Positions 17,114 to 20,000 of a stretch of 20,000 nucleotides of DNA are shown piece by piece. The DNA lies in the IMG/VR virus record IMGVR_UViG_3300042901_000352; one strand, written 5' to 3'. The first letter of the stretch is position 1. Each line of letters opens with the position of its first letter. The translations under genes were made by a program, and so were the position numbers. The notes below the pieces were generated by a model. It searched no databases, was not told where the DNA came from, and saw only the letters and a list, made by a program, of their open reading frames with translations. The DNA is from an uncultured virus (IMG/VR IMGVR_UViG_3300042901_000352) (Duplodnaviria > Heunggongvirae > Uroviricota > Caudoviricetes).

Positions 17114-17731
17114 ATGAGAATTAAAATATTAAAATCCGAAGCGTATAGTTACGAAGACTGCGATATTATCGCAGGTAAGTTTACAGCTTTTGGATGGGTT
17201 ACTACCATCCAGATCATGGATGATCATCGTGCTGTAATATCGCACGGCAACCGAGACACAGCGGTTATGGGAGACGCTGGTAAAATCTACGAGTTGGGAA
17301 ACTCTAGGTATACAGAACAACCTGAACTCATGTTCAGTTTGTTTTTGGGTGGTGAAAAAATGCCACTCGAAATTGTGTCGGAAGTTTTAAATCTGACACA
17401 ACACACCGCAACCGAAGAACAGGGTTGCATTGAACCCATTAACAAGGGAGCAGTACAATCTGCTCTAACTTTTGACGCTATACCAAGCGTTGAAGAGATG
17501 GAAGATAGGGCTTCCTTTTTAGTAAAAATTTGCAAGGAAGCAAATGTTACAAGTGCTATGATTGGTGGCGCACCTTTTTTTATGTCAACACTTGAAAAAG
17601 CGTTGTTGTCTAACGGCATACAGCCTTTGTATGCTTTTTCTGAACGTGTTTCAGAAGAAGTTATTAGTGCTGACGGCACTGTAACTAAAACTAACGTGTT
17701 TAAGCACGTTGGATTTGTAAAAATTAAATAA
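17114..17731 (+). CDS. Two-domain protein whose C-terminal domain is Csx20/Csx15-like (candidate cyclic-oligoadenylate ring nuclease)
   Basis: The C-terminal about 115 aa read LNLTQH..TEEQ...PSVEEMEDRA...AMIGGAPFFM..LEKAL..NGIQPLYAFSER.SEE....DG...K..VFKHVGF. This parallels my recollection of the Csx20 pattern (INLSNH...EEQ...GE..F...L...GI.....TER......K.S.F.F..F). Confidence 0.55.
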   Translation: MRIKILKSEAYSYEDCDIIAGKFTAFGWVTTIQIMDDHRAVISHGNRDTAVMGDAGKIYELGNSRYTEQPELMFSLFLGGEKMPLEIVSEVLNLTQHTATEEQGCIEPINKGAVQSALTFDAIPSVEEMEDRASFLVKICKEANVTSAMIGGAPFFMSTLEKALLSNGIQPLYAFSERVSEEVISADGTVTKTNVFKHVGFVKIK

Positions 17732-17732
17732 C

Positions 17733-17770
17733 CGCCCCAAGGATTGGGCATTAACTACAACTATAAAGAG
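17733..17770 (+). promoter_or_regulatory. GGA-loop hairpin plus AACTA leader element, copy 2
   Basis: CGCCCCAAGGATTGGGCA-TTAACTACAACTATAAAGAG has the same layout as 12492-12529. Confidence 0.5.
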
Positions 17771-17779
17771 AAGAACGAC

Positions 17780-18001
17780 ATGAACAATAAAACAGCAATT
17801 ATATTAATACTATCAGCCTTTACAATAGGTGGTTTTATTGGCGCAACATACACCAATAACGACAAATCTAGCGTAATCCACAAAACCAGATCAGGTGCAT
17901 TTATTATTCAAAAGAATATAAAAGGTGAAGAGCAGATTTACCAAGTGCTAGAGTTACCTAGCAATGTTCCTTCATTTGTAACCCCAAGAGGTGAGTTCTA
18001 A
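17780..18001 (+). CDS. Small protein with N-terminal membrane anchor/signal
   Basis: ATG at 17780 gives MNNKTAIILILSAFTIGGFIGATY..., a hydrophobic N-terminus. TAATG overlap with the next gene. Confidence 0.65.
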   Translation: MNNKTAIILILSAFTIGGFIGATYTNNDKSSVIHKTRSGAFIIQKNIKGEEQIYQVLELPSNVPSFVTPRGEF

Positions 18002-18336
18002 TGGAAGGTCCAGTAACATACGATTGCATGGCAGAAGAGTTTGAGTATGAGTATGATGATGATCAAATTGGCATACAACTTCAAGTAGATGATCTGGTTG
18101 ATAACATGCTAACCGATTGTGAAATTGGTGGTACTATGATCGCACAATCTTTTGTTGATTATTGCCAAGCATTAATTAATGGCGAGATCATCGACAGCGA
18201 TGGTTCAGAGTTTTTTCAAATCATAGAACATGCGGTTATTTCGCCAAGATTTGAAGATCGCCATGAGCCAATCAACCAACTTATTCAAACTGCTATGCAC
18301 TGGCAGGCATTGAAAACAGTTACATCCTTAGGGTAG
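18001..18336 (+). CDS. Highly acidic hypothetical protein
   Basis: 111 aa. Hand count gives 23 Asp/Glu versus 3 Lys/Arg. Confidence 0.7.
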   Translation: MEGPVTYDCMAEEFEYEYDDDQIGIQLQVDDLVDNMLTDCEIGGTMIAQSFVDYCQALINGEIIDSDGSEFFQIIEHAVISPRFEDRHEPINQLIQTAMHWQALKTVTSLG

Positions 18337-18345
18337 AAACCACTC

Positions 18346-18372
18346 GCCCAGCTTATGACTGGGCATTTTTTT
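18346..18372 (+). terminator. Rho-independent terminator
   Basis: GCCCAG-cttatga-CTGGGC followed by ATTTTTTT. Confidence 0.8.
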
Positions 18373-18382
18373 GGATAAGATT

Positions 18383-18496
18383 ATGAAAGACTATAAAAAT
18401 AAACCAGTACACACATTTACCAAACATCAAGAAATACAAATCTGGTGTTTGATTGCAGCAGGAATTATTTTAGCTATTGAGGCATGGTTACAATGA
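18383..18496 (+). CDS. Small membrane peptide (37 aa)
   Basis: MKDYKNKPVHTFTKHQEIQIWCLIAAGIILAIEAWLQ, with an ATGA overlap into the next gene. Confidence 0.55.
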   Translation: MKDYKNKPVHTFTKHQEIQIWCLIAAGIILAIEAWLQ

Positions 18497-18939
18497 CACC
18501 AGAAGAACGCAAAGAAAAGCAAAGAGTTAGAATGTTGGAATATTATCACAGGAATAAGAAAGCTATAAATGTAAGAGTTGTTGCAAAACGTAAGTCAGAT
18601 AAATTGAAAGAACTAAATGTTGTTGTGAAAATAAATCAAAAAAACATAACCAAGAAAGAAATAATGGCATTAATTGGTGTTACAGCGTTAGTGTTGGATA
18701 GAATTAGCAAAGATAAGAAGTATTGTATGCCAAAACAGGTTGCCACGCATATTGATGGCACTGTGTTGTTTAACAGAGCTGAAATAATGGAATGGTTGCC
18801 ATACGCCCGTGAAGCTTGTGCTTTTATTAAAAAAACTAAACCAATCAAATTAACTGGCATGGCAGCGCAGATTGTTGAGTTTATGCGTAAAAATAAGGAG
18901 ATAGAGTTATATTGCAATGAACTAAGGAGAAAGTTGTGA
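18493..18939 (+). CDS. Basic DNA-binding protein with AlpA/excisionase-like winged HTH
   Basis: The pattern ITKKEIMALIGVT...MPKQV...VLFNRAEIMEWL resembles AlpA/Xis. ATG at 18493. Confidence 0.6.
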   Translation: MTPEERKEKQRVRMLEYYHRNKKAINVRVVAKRKSDKLKELNVVVKINQKNITKKEIMALIGVTALVLDRISKDKKYCMPKQVATHIDGTVLFNRAEIMEWLPYAREACAFIKKTKPIKLTGMAAQIVEFMRKNKEIELYCNELRRKL

Positions 18940-19184
18940 AGAGGGATTTTGATTGGGCAATAATGATAATAAAACTTGAGCAAGAAGGTTTATCACAAAT
19001 AGAAATATCAAGATTAACAGGCGTATCAACAGGTACATTGTCACCCATAAAAACAGAGTCTAAAGACGCTCCAAAGGCTTGGAATGACGCAATAAATCTG
19101 CTTGATTTATATATTAAATATTTTGGAAGTAATGTTCCTAGAATTGGTGACTATTATGAAAATGAGATATCCACTGCCGAATGA
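18936..19184 (+). CDS. XRE-like HTH protein
   Basis: LEQEGLSQIEISRLTGVSTGTLS is an HTH signature. GTGA overlap with the upstream gene. Confidence 0.7.
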   Translation: MKRDFDWAIMIIKLEQEGLSQIEISRLTGVSTGTLSPIKTESKDAPKAWNDAINLLDLYIKYFGSNVPRIGDYYENEISTAE

Positions 19185-19359
19185 AAACGCACGTTGCTTA
19201 GGTAGCAACTGCGATAAAAAAGAAAATTGTGCAAGGTATTTAAGTATAGAAATTGACACCAAAGATTATTTTTGGCATGGAGATTTTAAAAAAGAATTAA
19301 AACAACATGAATGTGATTTTTTTATAGATTTTAGAAATGGTAATTATTATGAAAACTAA
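19156..19359 (+). CDS. Small Cys-containing phage protein
   Basis: ARCLGSNCDKKENCARY...ECDFF, a four-Cys possible metal-binding pattern. ATG at 19156 follows a GGTGA RBS. Confidence 0.6.
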   Translation: MKMRYPLPNENARCLGSNCDKKENCARYLSIEIDTKDYFWHGDFKKELKQHECDFFIDFRNGNYYEN

Positions 19360-19795
19360 AGAAAGAGAGTTGTTGGAAAAGATTTTAAATACAGGTTGGT
19401 TAGATCACGAGCTAAGTTGTGAAGCACAAGAACTCCTCGCTCAACCTGAGCAAAATAAACCAGCGGCTATTATGCCTAATGGTGTTTGTGTTAGTAATGT
19501 CTATGATGCTTATGAAGAAGGTAGAAAGTCTTTAATGTCTGAGCAAGAGCCTGTGGCTTGGATGTGGAAAAAACACACGGCTGGAGGGTGGTTAGATGTT
19601 GTTAGTATAGATAAACCTACTGCTAATGCACATCAAATAAACATTAGACCACTCTACTACACAGCACCGCAAAAACGTGATCCTTTAACCGATGAAGCCG
19701 TCTGCGAGATATTATTAAAGAAAGAATGGAAAGGGTTTGTTAATTTAGTGCGAATTATAGAAAAAGCACACGGCATAACTGGAGGTGGGGAATGA
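19349..19795 (+). CDS. Modular phage protein with AQPEQ/QEPVAW motifs
   Basis: ELLAQPEQ, EQEPVAW, RPLYYTAP, PLTDE and RIIEKAHGITG are motifs common in phage accessory proteins. Confidence 0.7.
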   Translation: MKTKERELLEKILNTGWLDHELSCEAQELLAQPEQNKPAAIMPNGVCVSNVYDAYEEGRKSLMSEQEPVAWMWKKHTAGGWLDVVSIDKPTANAHQINIRPLYYTAPQKRDPLTDEAVCEILLKKEWKGFVNLVRIIEKAHGITGGGE

Positions 19796-20000
19796 GTAAA
19801 GAAAGAGCGTTTTTAAAGAAGCTTAGATACGCTACACATTTGGAAAATGATTTCAGAAAAGAGCTTGAAGAACTCCTCGCCCAGCCTGAGCAAGAGCCTG
19901 AGCCTCTTTTAGCAGAAACAAAGATTGAATGGTATGGGAAAGGGTTTAGACAAGGGGTCAATGAGTTTGCACCACCCAAACCCTTAACAGAAGATGTTAT
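19792..20000 (+). CDS. Paralogue of the preceding modular protein (truncated by the window end)
   Basis: GGAGG RBS and ATGA overlap. MSKERAFLKKLRYATHLENDFRKELEELLAQPEQEPEPLLAETKIEWYGKGFRQGVNEFAPPKPLTEDV... Confidence 0.7.
   Translation, partial: MSKERAFLKKLRYATHLENDFRKELEELLAQPEQEPEPLLAETKIEWYGKGFRQGVNEFAPPKPLTEDV

Noticed and set aside
18493..18939. Evidence of a temperate lifestyle from the excisionase-like HTH
   Set aside because: No integrase, att site or CI-type repressor is visible in this window, so lifestyle cannot be called.
11171..19979. Minus-strand ORFs at 11171, 12180, 14060, 14666, 15200, 17129, 17287, 18636 and 19755, and nested plus ORF 11443
   Set aside because: They are shadows of the plus-strand operon genes and have no independent support.
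19349..20000. Diversity-generating retroelement template/variable repeats
   Set aside because: The repeats are short (26 bp or less), the differences are synonymous third-position changes, and no reverse transcriptase is present.
1..20000. Alternative genetic code, introns or inteins, tRNAs
   Set aside because: Core genes are full length in the standard code with normal sizes. I recognised no tRNA-like or intron-like sequence by eye, though no covariance search was run.

Overview
This window is a 20-kb segment of an AT-rich tailed dsDNA phage (Caudoviricetes), probably with a Gram-negative host, in two divergent arms that meet at overlapping promoters near 11.13-11.17 kb. The left arm (minus strand) carries a Cro-like HTH gene, a Toprim/AAA primase-helicase, an iteron/palindrome-rich putative origin, a chain of tiny ORFs, and then terS, terL, portal, scaffold, major capsid, head-completion genes and the start of a tail-fibre gene. 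The right arm (plus strand) carries a Sak4-like ATPase, a putative SSB, a YqaJ exonuclease, an unusual IbrB(ParB)-IbrA(PAPS-reductase-like) fusion, an SF2 helicase and a VRR-NUC nuclease. These are followed by a separately promoted early cassette and small accessory genes. The best leads are: (1) a protein whose C-terminal domain resembles Csx20/Csx15-type CRISPR ring nucleases, in a candidate anti-defence operon with a very acidic protein; (2) an in-frame ibrB-ibrA fusion lacking the PP-loop; (3) a duplicated GGA-loop hairpin plus AACTA leader element that looks like a CsrA/RsmA site; (4) a 15-aa Lys/Gly micro-ORF overlapping a terminator hairpin ahead of scaffold/capsid; (5) an ACTGTCCA iteron origin. 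All family calls come from motif recognition by eye. No database searches were run.
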